This document shows, in pieces, positions 10,055-20,711 of a stretch of DNA of 64,000 bases. Positions within the stretch are counted from its first letter, which is position 1. Every line of letters starts with the position of its first letter. The notes beneath the pieces are model-generated. The model was not told the DNA's origin, did not search any database, and saw only the letters and a list, made by a program, of their open reading frames with translations. Source of the DNA: Micrococcales bacterium (GTDB lineage Bacteria; Actinomycetota; Actinomycetes; Actinomycetales; Cellulomonadaceae). The position numbers were made by a program, and so were the translations under genes. The stretch covers positions 25,286-89,285 of the forward strand of contig WRMB01000006.1 in NCBI GenBank assembly GCA_009777345.1. The letters run 5' to 3'.

Positions 10055-11535
10055 CGGCACTCACCGTGGGCCAGGTCGCCGCGGCGACGGGCGGTCGCCT
10101 CGTCCACGTGGCACCGGCGAGCGTCGTCGACGGTCCGGTCGTCACCGACTCGCGGCAGGTCGGACCAGGGTCGCTGTTCGTGGCGCTCACCGGCGAGCAC
10201 GCCGACGGCCTGGACTACGCCGCCACGGCGGTGGCCTCCGGTGCCGTGGCGGTGCTCGCCGACCGGGAGCCGTCCGGACCGGACGGTCCGCTGCCTGCGG
10301 TCGTCGTGCCGGACACCACCGCGGCGCTGGGACGGCTGGCCCAGGCTGTCCTGGCCGACCTGCGGGAGGCCGCGGCCGGACCGGGCGGGTCCGGGCGGCG
10401 CGTCGTCGCCGTGACCGGGTCGGTCGGCAAGACCACGACCAAAGACCTGCTGGCCCAGGTGCTCGGCGCGGCCGGGCCGACGGTCGCCCCGGTCCGGTCC
10501 TTCAACAACGAGATCGGCCTGCCGCTGACGGTGCTGACGGCCGACGCCCAGACCCGCTACCTGGTGCTGGAGATGGGGGCCAGCGCGCCCGGCGACCTGG
10601 ACTACCTCACGGGGATCGCCCCGCCGGACGTGGCGGTGGTGCTGGCGGTCGGTCAGGCTCACCTCGGCGGGTTCGGCGGCAGCCTGGACGATGTCGCCCG
10701 GGCCAAGTCCGAGCTGGTGACCGGCCTGGCGCCCGGCGGGGTGGCGGTGCTCAACGCCGACGACCCCCGGGTCGCGGCCATGGCCGACCTGGCGCCCGGC
10801 GAGGTGGTGCGGTTCGGCTTCGCCGACACGGCCCAGGTGCGGGCGCAGGGACTGCGCCTGGAACGCGGCCGGGCGGCGTTCACCCTGGCCGTCGACCTGC
10901 CCGGCCGGGCGGTCGGTTCGGCCGAGGTGCGGCTGCGCCTGGTCGGTGAGCACCACGTGCACAACGCGCTGGCCACCGCCGCGGCGGCGCTGGTGGCGGG
11001 CCTGGACCTGGATACCGTGGCCGCGGCTCTGAGCACCGCGGACATCCGCTCGCCCCACCGGATGCACGTGGTGGACCGGCCCGACGGGGTGACGGTGGTG
11101 GACGACTCGTACAACGCCAACCCCGACTCGATGCGGGCCGCGCTCAAGGCCCTGGCGTTGCTGGCCCGTCCGGACGGCCGGTCGGTGGCGGTGCTCGGCG
11201 AGATGCTGGAGCTGGGCGATGCCTCGCTGACCGCCCACGACGCGATCGGGCGGCTGGCGGTGCGGCTGGACATCGCGCTGACCGTCGTCGTCGGGGCCGG
11301 GGCGCACCCGATCGCCACGGGCGCGGCGCACGAGGGCTCCTGGGGTGACGAGGTCGTGGAGGTTCCCGACGTGGACGCCGCGGCGGCCTTGCTGCGCGAC
11401 GAGCTGCGGCCCGGGGACGTGGTGCTGGTCAAGTCGTCCTACGGCTCCGGGCTGTGGCGGCTGGGCGACCGGCTGATCGCCGAGGGCCGGTTGCCCGACG
11501 GCCAGGACGCCGACCCGGACGGGGTGCTGACGTGA
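10051..11535 (+). CDS. murF: D-Ala-D-Ala adding enzyme MurF
   Basis: [51 protein letters not shown]. Confidence 0.95.
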   Translation: MTALTVGQVAAATGGRLVHVAPASVVDGPVVTDSRQVGPGSLFVALTGEHADGLDYAATAVASGAVAVLADREPSGPDGPLPAVVVPDTTAALGRLAQAVLADLREAAAGPGGSGRRVVAVTGSVGKTTTKDLLAQVLGAAGPTVAPVRSFNNEIGLPLTVLTADAQTRYLVLEMGASAPGDLDYLTGIAPPDVAVVLAVGQAHLGGFGGSLDDVARAKSELVTGLAPGGVAVLNADDPRVAAMADLAPGEVVRFGFADTAQVRAQGLRLERGRAAFTLAVDLPGRAVGSAEVRLRLVGEHHVHNALATAAAALVAGLDLDTVAAALSTADIRSPHRMHVVDRPDGVTVVDDSYNANPDSMRAALKALALLARPDGRSVAVLGEMLELGDASLTAHDAIGRLAVRLDIALTVVVGAGAHPIATGAAHEGSWGDEVVEVPDVDAAAALLRDELRPGDVVLVKSSYGSGLWRLGDRLIAEGRLPDGQDADPDGVLT

Positions 11536-12623
11536 GGGCGCTGCTCATCGCCGGGGCGGTCTCGATGATCGTCTCGCTGTTCGGCACGCCGCTGTTCATC
11601 CGGCTGCTGGTGCGCAAGCAGTACGGCCAGTTCATCCGTCAGGACGGACCGACCAGCCACCAGACCAAGCGGGGCACCCCGACGATGGGTGGCGTCGTCA
11701 TCATCGGGGCGACGCTGGTCGGCTGGGTGGTCGCCCTGCTGCTGACCCGGACGACACCGTCAGCCTCGGCGCTGCTGGCGCTGTTCTTGATGGTCGGTCT
11801 GGGCTTCGTCGGGTTCCTCGACGACTACATCAAGATCTCCCGGCAGCGCAGCCTGGGCCTGTCGCCCTGGGCGAAGATCATCGGGCAGGGCGTCGTCGGG
11901 GTGACCTTCGCGGTGCTCGCCCTGCAGTTCCCCAACGAACGGCACCGCTACCCGGCGTCCACCCAGATATCGTTCATCCGGGACACGAAGTTCGACCTGT
12001 CCGACGCGAAGCTCTTCGGGCTCGGGCTCGGGCTGCTGCTGTTCGTCATCTGGGCGAACTTCCTCATCACGGCCTGGTCGAACGCGGTCAACCTGACCGA
12101 CGGGCTGGACGGGCTGGCCACCGGCGCCTCGCTCATCGTGTTCGGCGCGTACGTGCTGCTCGGGGTGTGGCAGAACAACCAGACCTGCCAGCTGATCGAG
12201 ACGGCCGGGCCCCGGTGCTACGAGACCCGCGACCCGATGTCCTTGGCGATGGTGGCCATCGCGATCACCGGGGCGCTGTTCGGCTTCCTGTGGTGGAACG
12301 CCAGCCCGGCGCAGATCTTCATGGGCGACACCGGGTCGCTGGCGCTGGGCGGGGCGCTGGCGGCGCTGTCGATCCTCACCCGCACCGAGCTGCTGGCCGC
12401 GATCATCGGCGGACTGTTCGTGCTGGTGGTGCTGTCCGACGTCATCCAGATCGGCTGGTTCAAGGCGACCCGGAGACGGGTGTTCAAGATGGCGCCGCTG
12501 CACCATCATTTCGAGCTGTCCGGCTGGGGCGAGGTGACGATCGTCATACGGTTCTGGATCATCGCCGGGCTGTGCGTCGCCGTGGGGATCGGGGCGTTCT
12601 ACGCCGAGTGGGTAGCAGGCTAG
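11532..12623 (+). CDS. mraY: Phospho-MurNAc-pentapeptide transferase MraY
   Basis: [52 protein letters not shown]. Confidence 0.97.
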   Translation: MRALLIAGAVSMIVSLFGTPLFIRLLVRKQYGQFIRQDGPTSHQTKRGTPTMGGVVIIGATLVGWVVALLLTRTTPSASALLALFLMVGLGFVGFLDDYIKISRQRSLGLSPWAKIIGQGVVGVTFAVLALQFPNERHRYPASTQISFIRDTKFDLSDAKLFGLGLGLLLFVIWANFLITAWSNAVNLTDGLDGLATGASLIVFGAYVLLGVWQNNQTCQLIETAGPRCYETRDPMSLAMVAIAITGALFGFLWWNASPAQIFMGDTGSLALGGALAALSILTRTELLAAIIGGLFVLVVLSDVIQIGWFKATRRRVFKMAPLHHHFELSGWGEVTIVIRFWIIAGLCVAVGIGAFYAEWVAG

Positions 12624-14131
12624 TGACTCCGGTGGAGCCAGGGCCGGGTCGGCCGCGGCTGATGGGCGCGCCGGTGCTCGTCGCCGGACTGGGCACGTCA
12701 GGCCGCGCGGCCGCGGCGACGCTGCGGAAGGTCGGCGCGCTGGTGACCACCTACGACGACCGGGCCGAGGATGCCGACCGCCACCACCCCGACGAGGTCG
12801 ACCCGACCGCGTTCCGTCTGGTCGTGACCTCGCCGGGGCTGCCGCCGCACCACCGGCTGCTGGCCGCGGCGGCCGGTCGGGTCGAGGTGGTCTCGGAGGT
12901 CGAGCTGGCCTGGCGGCTGCGGGTCGACCGGGGCGACGGGCGCGGCCCGGCCCCCTGGTTGGCGGTGACCGGTACCAACGGCAAGACCACGACGGTGGGC
13001 ATGCTCGCCGCGATCCTGGAAGCGGCGGGGGAGCGGGTGGCGCTGGTCGGCAACGTCGGCACCCCGGTGGTCGAGGCGGCCGTCGACCCGGCGTGGGACG
13101 TGCTCGCGGTCGAGCTGTCCAGCTTCCAGCTGCACTTCACCACGTCCCTGGCCGTCGAGGCCGGTGCGGTCCTCAACGTCGCCCCCGACCACCTGGACTG
13201 GCACGGGTCCATGGCCGAGTACGCCGCGGACAAGGCCAGGATCTGGCACGGTGCGGAGACCGTCGTCTACGACGTCGACGACCCAGCCACCGTGCAGCTC
13301 GCCCTCGACCGAGGGCTGCGGACGGCCCGCGAGCGCCTTCAGCACCATCAGCACCTGGTGGCGAGCGGCGTCCGGCCGCAGCAGTCGACAGGTTTCACCC
13401 TGGGGTCGCCCGACTGCGGTGAGTACGGGGTGGTCGACGGAGCGCTCGTCGCGGCGGCCAGCGAGGAGCTGATCGAGATAGCGCGGGTCGCCGACCTGGC
13501 TCACCTGGTCGGCCCTGGTCAGCAGGTCCCACCGCACCTGGTGGCCGACGCCCTCGCCGCCGCGGCGCTCGCCCTGGCCCACCACGGGGTCGGGTCGGTC
13601 CACGACGGTCCCAGCTTCGCTCACGTCCGGGCCGGGCTGCGGGCCTACCGCCCCTCAGGGCACCGGATCGCCACCGTCGCACAGCTCGGCGAGGTGTCGT
13701 TCGTCGACGACTCCAAGGCCACCAACGCGCACGCCGCGGCGGCGTCGCTGGCCGGGTTCGCGGCCGGGTCGGTGGTGTGGGTCGCCGGGGGCCTGGCCAA
13801 GGGGGCGACCTTCGACGAGCTGGTCGCGGCCCAGGCCGACCGGCTGCGGGCCGTCGTCCTGATCGGCACCGACCGGAGCCCGTGGCGCGGCGCGCTGGCC
13901 CGACACGCGCCCCAGGTCCCCGTGATCGAGGTGGACGACAGCGAGACTGGGACGGTGATGCCCCGTGCCGTCGCCGCGGCCCACCGGATGGCTTCCGACC
14001 CTGCCCTGGGGTCGGGCCCGGTGGTCGTGCTGCTCGCACCGGCGTCCGCGTCGATGGACCAGTTCGCGTCCTATGCCGACCGCGGAGACCGGTTCGCCCA
14101 GGCAGCGCGCGCGCTGGCACACCAGACGTGA
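12623..14131 (+). CDS. murD: D-glutamate ligase MurD
   Basis: VLVAGLGTSG, VTGTNGKTT, VELSSFQL, LNVAPDHLDWH, DDSKATN, LLAPASASMDQF. Confidence 0.95.
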   Translation: MTPVEPGPGRPRLMGAPVLVAGLGTSGRAAAATLRKVGALVTTYDDRAEDADRHHPDEVDPTAFRLVVTSPGLPPHHRLLAAAAGRVEVVSEVELAWRLRVDRGDGRGPAPWLAVTGTNGKTTTVGMLAAILEAAGERVALVGNVGTPVVEAAVDPAWDVLAVELSSFQLHFTTSLAVEAGAVLNVAPDHLDWHGSMAEYAADKARIWHGAETVVYDVDDPATVQLALDRGLRTARERLQHHQHLVASGVRPQQSTGFTLGSPDCGEYGVVDGALVAAASEELIEIARVADLAHLVGPGQQVPPHLVADALAAAALALAHHGVGSVHDGPSFAHVRAGLRAYRPSGHRIATVAQLGEVSFVDDSKATNAHAAAASLAGFAAGSVVWVAGGLAKGATFDELVAAQADRLRAVVLIGTDRSPWRGALARHAPQVPVIEVDDSETGTVMPRAVAAAHRMASDPALGSGPVVVLLAPASASMDQFASYADRGDRFAQAARALAHQT

Positions 14132-15501
14132 GTGCCCCGGGGCGGACCCGCGCCCCCCGGGACGCACCGGCGGGTGCCCAGGCGCGGGCGTCCAGGGACA
14201 CGACGGGGCAGGCCGTCCGCGACCCGGCAGCCCAGCGTCGGTCGACGGGCGCTGTGCTGCGCTCCGCCGCGGCTCGCCGGTTCAGGGCCGCCTGGGCCGG
14301 TCCGCTGACCACGTACTACCTGCTCGTCGGGTCGACGGCGCTGCTGCTGGTGCTGGGCCTGGTCATGGTGCTGTCGTCGTCGTCGGTGGACTCGATCGTG
14401 CGCGGTGGGTCGCCCTACGCTGCTTTTCTCGACCAGACGAAGTATGCGCTCGTCATCGGGCTGCCGGTGATGCTCCTGGCGACCCGGATGACGACCGCCT
14501 GGCAGGCCCACCTGGCCTGGTTCGCCCTGGTCGCCGCGCTGGTGTTCCAGTCGGCGGTGTTCGTGCCGGGTATCGGCTGCGGATCGGGCGGGAACCAGAA
14601 CTGGGTGTGCCTGCCCGGTTTTTCCGCCCAGCCGTCGGAGGCGGTCAAGCTGGCCCTGGCGCTGTGGCTCGGGGTGGTGCTGGCACGCAAGCAGCCCCTG
14701 CTCGGCCAGGTCAGGCACGTCGTGGTGCCGGGTCTGCTCGGGGCGGGGGTGGCGATCAGCGCGGTCCTGGCGGGCAAGGACCTGGGGACGACGCTGGTGC
14801 TGGGGCTGCTGGTGGCCGGGGCGTTGTTCGTCGCCGGGGTGCCGATGTGGATGTTCGGCACGGGCGGTGCGCTGGGGGCGCTGGGGGTGGCGCTGTTCAT
14901 CGCCTCGCAGCCGGATTCCAACCGGGCGCAGCGGATCGAGAACTGGCTGGGGGGGTGCACCGACTCCGCCGGGCTGTGCTTCCAGCCCAAACACGGGACG
15001 TGGGCGCTGGCCAGCGGCGGGTTCTTCGGGCTGGGGCTGGGGGAGTCGCGGCAGAAGTGGTCGTACCTGCCCGCGGCGCACAACGACTTCATCTTCGCGA
15101 TCATCGGCGAAGAGCTGGGTCTGGCCGGGACGCTGCTGGTGCTGGGCCTGTTCGCGGTGCTGGCCGTGGCGATGCTGCGGCTGGTGCGCTACCACCCCGA
15201 ACCGTCGGCCCGGATTACTACTGCTGGCATCTTCGCCTGGGTCATCGGGCAGGCCCTGATCAACATCGCGGTGGTGCTGCGCCTGGCCCCGGTGGTCGGG
15301 GTGCCGCTGCCGCTGGTCTCCGCCGGGGGGTCGGCGCTGATCATGACGATGGTCGCTCTGGGCGTGGTCATCTCCTACGCCCGGTCCGACCCGCAGGCCG
15401 CCGCGGCGCTGGCCGCCCAGCCCGGGGTGCTGCGCCGGTCCATCGCGGTGCTGGGCCGGTCCTCGTCGGTCGGTAGATCTCGGAGGTCTCGTCGTGGCTG
15501 A
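14128..15501 (+). CDS. ftsW: SEDS peptidoglycan polymerase FtsW
   Basis: QPSEAVK, GKDLG, ALASGGFFGLGLG, YLPAAHNDFIFAIIGEELG, GVPLPLVSAGGS. Confidence 0.95.
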   Translation: MSAPGRTRAPRDAPAGAQARASRDTTGQAVRDPAAQRRSTGAVLRSAAARRFRAAWAGPLTTYYLLVGSTALLLVLGLVMVLSSSSVDSIVRGGSPYAAFLDQTKYALVIGLPVMLLATRMTTAWQAHLAWFALVAALVFQSAVFVPGIGCGSGGNQNWVCLPGFSAQPSEAVKLALALWLGVVLARKQPLLGQVRHVVVPGLLGAGVAISAVLAGKDLGTTLVLGLLVAGALFVAGVPMWMFGTGGALGALGVALFIASQPDSNRAQRIENWLGGCTDSAGLCFQPKHGTWALASGGFFGLGLGESRQKWSYLPAAHNDFIFAIIGEELGLAGTLLVLGLFAVLAVAMLRLVRYHPEPSARITTAGIFAWVIGQALINIAVVLRLAPVVGVPLPLVSAGGSALIMTMVALGVVISYARSDPQAAAALAAQPGVLRRSIAVLGRSSSVGRSRRSRRG

Positions 15502-16663
15502 ACCGTTGCGCGTCCTGCTGGCCGGTGGCGGAACCGCCGGGCACGTCAACCCGCTGCTCGCGCTGGCCGCCGAGCTGCGGTCGCGGCACGACGACGCGCA
15601 GATCGTCGTGCTGGGCACCGCCGAGGGGCTGGAGGCCCGGCTGGTCCCCGCCGCCGGGTTCGAGCTGGCCCAGGTGCCCCGGGCGCCGCTGCCCCGGCGG
15701 CCGTCGCTGGACCTGGTCCGGCTGCCGGGACGGCTGCGCCAGGCGGTGGCCGCCGCGGAACGGGCGATCGACGACGTCGGTGCACAGGTCGTCGTCGGGT
15801 TCGGCGGGTACGTCGCGACCCCGGCCTACCTGGCGGCGGGGCGGGCGTCGGTGCCGGTCGTCGTGCACGAGCAGAACGCCCGGCCCGGGCTGGCCAACCG
15901 GCTGGGCGCCCGCCGGGCTGTCGGGGTGGCGGTGACGTTCCCCGGTACCCCGCTGCCACGGAGCACGGTGACCGGGCTGCCCCTGCGGGCCGCGCTGGCC
16001 GGGCTGGTCGCCGACCTCGATACCGACCGTGAGGGCACCCGTCGCCACGCCGCGCGGGAGCTCGGGCTGTCGCCGGACACCACGACGTTGCTGGTCACCG
16101 GTGGTTCGCTGGGGGCGCTGTCGCTCAACCAGAAGGTCGTCGGCGCGGCCCGGGAGGTGCTGGCCACCGGTGCCCAGGTGCTGCACCTGACCGGCAAGGG
16201 CAAGGCCGACGCCGTGCGCGAAGAACTGGCGAAGACGCTCGGCAGCCCGGCGGACCGGGCGAGCCGCTGGCAGGTCCGCGAGTACCTCGACGATATGCAC
16301 CTGGCGCTGGCCGTGGCCGACCTGGTGGTCTGCCGGGCCGGGGCCGGGACGGTCTGCGAGATGGCCGCGCTCGGCATCCCAGCGGTGTACGTACCGCTGC
16401 CGGTGGGCAACGGCGAGCAGCGGCGCAACGCCCGGGACGTCGTCGCCGCGGGCGGCGGCCTGCTGGTGGACGACAAGGACCTGTCCGTTGCCTGGGTGCG
16501 TGAGCGCGTCCCACCGCTGCTGGGCGCCGACGGTGCCGCCGAGCGGACGCGGATGGGCCAGGCGGCGGCGTCGGTCGGGGTGCGCGACGGCGCGGCCCGC
16601 CTGGCCGACCTGGTCGAGACCCACGCAGCACCCCCGAGCCCACCCCGAGACGAGGCACCGTGA
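15494..16663 (+). CDS. murG: Lipid II GlcNAc transferase MurG
   Basis: GGGTAGHVNP, GFGGY, HEQNA, TGGSLGA, RAGAGT. Confidence 0.96.
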   Translation: MAEPLRVLLAGGGTAGHVNPLLALAAELRSRHDDAQIVVLGTAEGLEARLVPAAGFELAQVPRAPLPRRPSLDLVRLPGRLRQAVAAAERAIDDVGAQVVVGFGGYVATPAYLAAGRASVPVVVHEQNARPGLANRLGARRAVGVAVTFPGTPLPRSTVTGLPLRAALAGLVADLDTDREGTRRHAARELGLSPDTTTLLVTGGSLGALSLNQKVVGAAREVLATGAQVLHLTGKGKADAVREELAKTLGSPADRASRWQVREYLDDMHLALAVADLVVCRAGAGTVCEMAALGIPAVYVPLPVGNGEQRRNARDVVAAGGGLLVDDKDLSVAWVRERVPPLLGADGAAERTRMGQAAASVGVRDGAARLADLVETHAAPPSPPRDEAP

Positions 16664-18192
16664 CAGGACCCGACAGCCTGACGAACTCCGGCCCCGCCGA
16701 TCCGGTCGCGGCGCTGGGCCGGGTCCACCTGGTCGGGGTGGGCGGGGTCGGCATGTCCGCGATCGCGACGCTGCTGGCCGCGCGGGGTGCGAGCGTGTCT
16801 GGCTCCGACGCCCACGACGGCCCGGCGCTGGCCGCGCTGCGTGCCGCCGGGGTGGACGTGCGGGTGGGGCACGACGCGGCGGCCGTCGCCGGGGCCGACA
16901 CCGTCGTGGTGTCGTCCGCGGTGCGCGAGACCAACCCCGAGCTGGCGGCGGCCCGGGCCCAGGGGCGGCGGGTGCTGCACCGGTCCCAGGCGCTGGCCGC
17001 GCTGATGGCCGGACGCACCAGCATCGCCGTGGCCGGGGCGCACGGCAAGACGACGACCTCGGCGATGATCGCCGTGGGTCTGCTGCACGCCGGGGCGGAC
17101 CCGTCGTTCGCCATCGGCGGGGTGGTCCGGGACGACACCGGCCCCTTGGGGGGAGCCCGCGACGGGTCCGGACCGTTCGTGGCCGAGGCCGACGAGTCGG
17201 ACGGCTCGTTCCTGGCCTACACCCCGCAGGTCGCCGTGGTCACCAACGTCGAGCCGGACCACCTGGACCACTACGGCACCGCCGAGGCCTTCGAGCAGGC
17301 CTTCGTCGACTTTGCCGGTCGGATCACCGACCCGGTGCGGCTGCTCGTCTGGTGCGCTGACGACCCCGGTGCGGCGCGCCTGAACGCTGCCCTGAGTCGA
17401 GCGCGGCGCGTCGACGGCGCCGTTCCAGGGCCCTGGACGATCGCCTACGGTGCCGGTCAGGCTGGTACCTGGGACCGCCCGCCGTCCGGTGCTGATATCA
17501 CCGTCGGCCCCGTCGAACCCGACGACGACGGCTGGTCGGTCCGGCTGACCGACCTGGCTGGACGTTTCGGCTGGCCGCCGCTGCCAGACGGCCACGACGG
17601 CTCGGCCGACAGCGCGACGGTCCGGGTGCGGCTGCCCGCCCCTGGTGACCACAACGCCCTGAACGCGGCTGCGGCGTGGGCGGTGCTGTGCGCCCTGGGG
17701 ACCGAACCGCAGGCCGCCGCCGCGGCCCTGAGCCGTTTCCGTGGTACCGGACGCCGTTTCGAGGACCGCGGCACCGCCGCGGGGGTGCGGGTGGTGGACG
17801 ACTACGCCCACCACCCCACCGAGGTCGCGGCGCTGCTGCGCGCCGCCCGGGCGGTGGCCGGTACGGGCCGGGTGCTGGTGCTGTTCCAGCCCCACCTGTT
17901 CTCCCGGACCAAGCAGTTCGCCACCGAGTTCGGCCAGGCGCTGGACCTGGCCGACACCGTCGTGGTCACCGCGGTGTACGCCGCCCGCGAAGACCCGGAC
18001 CCGCTGGTCAGCGGGCAGATGCTGGTCGACGCGGTGCCGACCGCCGACAAGGCCGACTACGTCGCCGACCGCGCGCAGGCCGCGCACACCATCGCGGCCG
18101 CGGCCCGCCCCGGCGACCTGGTCCTGACCGTAGGCGCTGGCGACGTCACCGAGCTGGGCCCAGTGATCCTGGCCGACCTGGCCCGCCGGTGA
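16660..18192 (+). CDS. murC: UDP-MurNAc:L-Ala ligase MurC
   Basis: HLVGVGGVGMS, AGAHGKTTT, EADESDGSF, NVEPDHLD, DDYAHHPTE, FQPHLFSRT. Confidence 0.96.
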   Translation: MTGPDSLTNSGPADPVAALGRVHLVGVGGVGMSAIATLLAARGASVSGSDAHDGPALAALRAAGVDVRVGHDAAAVAGADTVVVSSAVRETNPELAAARAQGRRVLHRSQALAALMAGRTSIAVAGAHGKTTTSAMIAVGLLHAGADPSFAIGGVVRDDTGPLGGARDGSGPFVAEADESDGSFLAYTPQVAVVTNVEPDHLDHYGTAEAFEQAFVDFAGRITDPVRLLVWCADDPGAARLNAALSRARRVDGAVPGPWTIAYGAGQAGTWDRPPSGADITVGPVEPDDDGWSVRLTDLAGRFGWPPLPDGHDGSADSATVRVRLPAPGDHNALNAAAAWAVLCALGTEPQAAAAALSRFRGTGRRFEDRGTAAGVRVVDDYAHHPTEVAALLRAARAVAGTGRVLVLFQPHLFSRTKQFATEFGQALDLADTVVVTAVYAAREDPDPLVSGQMLVDAVPTADKADYVADRAQAAHTIAAAARPGDLVLTVGAGDVTELGPVILADLARR

Positions 18193-18236
18193 CTGCGGAC
18201 CGTGCTCGGCCAGGACCGGTAGGTCCTGTCGTCGAT

Positions 18237-18295
18237 TCGAGGCTTCTGTCGCCGATTCGAGAGTTAAACCCTCGAATCGGCGACAGAAGCCTCGA
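18237..18295. repeat. Perfect 25-bp inverted repeat (REP-like hairpin) between murC and ftsQ
   Basis: TCGAGGCTTCTGTCGCCGATTCGAG (18237-18261), 9-nt loop AGTTAAACC, then the exact reverse complement (18271-18295). A degenerate tandem unit ending CGATTCGA lies just upstream (about 18221-18240). Confidence 0.9.
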
Positions 18296-18322
18296 GTTCG
18301 TCCTCGTCAGGGGTGGGGTCAG

Positions 18323-19255
18323 GTGAGTCCGGCCCGCCCGCCCCGGCCGCGGCGCACCACGGCGCGTTCGGGGCCGGTCACGCCCAGCAAGACGTCGGCC
18401 AAGACGCCCAGGGTGAAGCCGTCCAGACCGGCGAAACCGGCCCGGGGTGAGGTCGTCCAGACGCCTGGGGCGGGGCCGCCGAGCATCGCCCCGCGCGACC
18501 GGGTGGTGGTGGAGCAGGCCGCGCAGCGGTTCGCCGAACGGGCCCAGGCCCGCAGGCGGGTCACGCGGCGCAAGGTGGCGACGGTCGTGGCCGTCGTCCT
18601 GGGGGTCGTCGTGCTGGGCTGGGCTGCGTTCTTCTCGCCGGTGCTGGGGCTGGACACCGACCAGGTCGATATCGTCGGTGACGGTGGCACAGCGTTGACG
18701 GACGACATCGTGGCGGTGGACGACGTGCGCGCCGTGGTCGTCCGGCACGTTGGCGAGCCGCTGCCCCGGCTGGACACGGCCGCGCTGCGCACCGAGCTGC
18801 TGGTGGTGCACGGTGTCAAGGACGTGCACGTCGTCCGCGACTGGCCGCGCGGGCTGACGGTGACCGTGACCCCGCGCGTACCGGTCGCCGCGGTTCCGGT
18901 GGACGACCAGGTGGCGCTGCTCGACGCCGACGGTGTGAGGCTGCGCACCGAACCGGTGGCCCCGGAGGGACTGCCGGTGGTCCAGGTGCCGCTCGACGAC
19001 ACCCGGGCGCTGCTGGCCGCGCTGACCGTGGTGGACGCCCTGCCGCCGGACCAGGCGAGCCAGGTGGCGACGGTGGCGGCGCCCACCCAGGACACGGTGA
19101 CCCTGACCCTGGCCGACGGGGTCCAGGTGCTGTGGGGGAGCGCGGAGGACAGCACGCTCAAGGCTCAGGTGGTGGCGACGCTGCGCGCCGACCAGACTCT
19201 TGCCGATGTGACGACGATCGACGTCTCGGCCCCCCAGATGCCGGTGCTGCGCTGA
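18323..19255 (+). CDS. ftsQ: Cell division protein FtsQ/DivIB
   Basis: Basic N-terminus, TM helix, POTRA-like region (VHVVRDWPRGLTVTVTPRVPVA), C-terminal VLWGS...IDVSAP. Position between murC and ftsZ. Confidence 0.88.
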   Translation: MSPARPPRPRRTTARSGPVTPSKTSAKTPRVKPSRPAKPARGEVVQTPGAGPPSIAPRDRVVVEQAAQRFAERAQARRRVTRRKVATVVAVVLGVVVLGWAAFFSPVLGLDTDQVDIVGDGGTALTDDIVAVDDVRAVVVRHVGEPLPRLDTAALRTELLVVHGVKDVHVVRDWPRGLTVTVTPRVPVAAVPVDDQVALLDADGVRLRTEPVAPEGLPVVQVPLDDTRALLAALTVVDALPPDQASQVATVAAPTQDTVTLTLADGVQVLWGSAEDSTLKAQVVATLRADQTLADVTTIDVSAPQMPVLR

Positions 19256-19327
19256 GCTCCCGAGACGCTCCCACGGGTTCGTCGGGGGCTCTTTAGGGGC
19301 CTGGTCGCGACACGCGCGGCGTGGTCG

Positions 19328-19411
19328 TTGCCCACGGCCCGGCGGACACTTAGCGTCGTCGGACGCAAGGCACCTGACATAACTATAACCCTCAACGTGA
19401 AGGTGAGGGTT
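19328..19411 (+). promoter_or_regulatory. ftsZ promoter and downstream palindromic operator
   Basis: TTGCCC(19328)-N17-TAGCGT(19351). Inverted repeat AACCCTCA-N9-TGAGGGTT at 19387-19411. Confidence 0.6.
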
Positions 19412-19456
19412 TTACCGGCCCAGCCCCTGAGCGATCCTGAACGAGAGGCACCCACT

Positions 19457-20692
19457 GTGGCAGCTCCGCAGAACTACCTGGCGGTCATCAAGGTCGTCGG
19501 CATCGGCGGCGGCGGCGTCAACGCCGTCAACCGGATGATCGAGGTCGGGCTCAAGGGCGTCGAGTTCATCGCCATCAACACCGACGCCCAGGCGCTGCTC
19601 ATGTCGGACGCCGACGTCAAGCTCGACGTCGGCCGCGAGCTGACCCGGGGGCTGGGCGCGGGCGCCGACCCCGAGGTCGGCCGCAAGGCCGCCGACGACC
19701 ACGCCGAGGAGATCGAGGACGTCCTGCGCGGTGCGGACATGGTGTTCGTCACCGCGGGCGAGGGCGGCGGCACCGGCACCGGCGGCGCGCCGGTGGTGGC
19801 CCGGATCGCCCGGTCGCTGGGCGCCCTGACCATCGGTGTGGTCACCCGTCCGTTCACCTTCGAGGGCCGCCGTCGCTCGGTGCAGGCCGACTCGGGCATC
19901 GAGGCGCTGCGGGCCGAGGTCGACACCCTGATCGTCATCCCCAACGACCGGCTGCTGTCGATCTCCGACCGCGGGGTCAGCGTGCTGGACGCCTTCCGGT
20001 CCGCCGACCAGGTGCTGCTGTCCGGTGTCCAGGGCATCACCGACCTCATCACCACGCCGGGCCTGATCAACCTGGACTTCGCGGACGTCAAGTCGGTCAT
20101 GCAGGGTGCCGGGTCGGCGCTCATGGGCATCGGCTACGCCCGCGGCGACGACCGGGCCGTGCAGGCCGCGGAGATGGCGATCAGCTCGCCGCTGCTGGAG
20201 GCCAGCATCGACGGGGCGCACGGGGTGCTGCTGTCCATCCAGGGTGGGTCGGACCTGGGTCTGTTCGAGATCAACGAGGCCGCCCGGCTGGTCCAGGAGG
20301 CCGCGCACGCCGAGGCCAACATCATCTTCGGTGCCGTCATCGACGACGCCCTGGGCGACGAGGTGCGGGTCACCGTCATCGCCGCCGGGTTCGACGGCGG
20401 TTCGCCGCAGGTGCGGCGCGACTCCCGGGCCCTGGGCCAGGTGTCCGGTTCCAGCGGTCGTCCCGTGCCGCGGCCGGTGGTGGAGACCGAGCCGTCCGGA
20501 CCGACCCCGGTCACGCCCCGGCACGCGGCCCCGGCCGCGGGACTGGAGAGGGAAGCGCCGCAGGTACCGGCCTTCCTGTCCGCCGAGGCCGACCCGGCGC
20601 CGATCACCGGGTCGCTGGAGGTGCCGCGGGTGTTCACCGACGAGGTCGGCGTGGTGCGCGAAGAGCTCGACGTGCCGGACTTCCTCAAGTGA
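19457..20692 (+). CDS. ftsZ: Cell division protein FtsZ
   Basis: [34 protein letters not shown] tubulin signature, [10 protein letters not shown]-terminal ELDVPDFLK. Confidence 0.99.
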   Translation: MAAPQNYLAVIKVVGIGGGGVNAVNRMIEVGLKGVEFIAINTDAQALLMSDADVKLDVGRELTRGLGAGADPEVGRKAADDHAEEIEDVLRGADMVFVTAGEGGGTGTGGAPVVARIARSLGALTIGVVTRPFTFEGRRRSVQADSGIEALRAEVDTLIVIPNDRLLSISDRGVSVLDAFRSADQVLLSGVQGITDLITTPGLINLDFADVKSVMQGAGSALMGIGYARGDDRAVQAAEMAISSPLLEASIDGAHGVLLSIQGGSDLGLFEINEAARLVQEAAHAEANIIFGAVIDDALGDEVRVTVIAAGFDGGSPQVRRDSRALGQVSGSSGRPVPRPVVETEPSGPTPVTPRHAAPAAGLEREAPQVPAFLSAEADPAPITGSLEVPRVFTDEVGVVREELDVPDFLK

Positions 20693-20711
20693 GCCGGCTG
20701 CGGCAGCGTCC

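Noticed and set aside
18221-18295. Repeat units considered as a mini-CRISPR
   Set aside because: No unique spacers between direct repeats and no cas genes; the structure is an inverted repeat.
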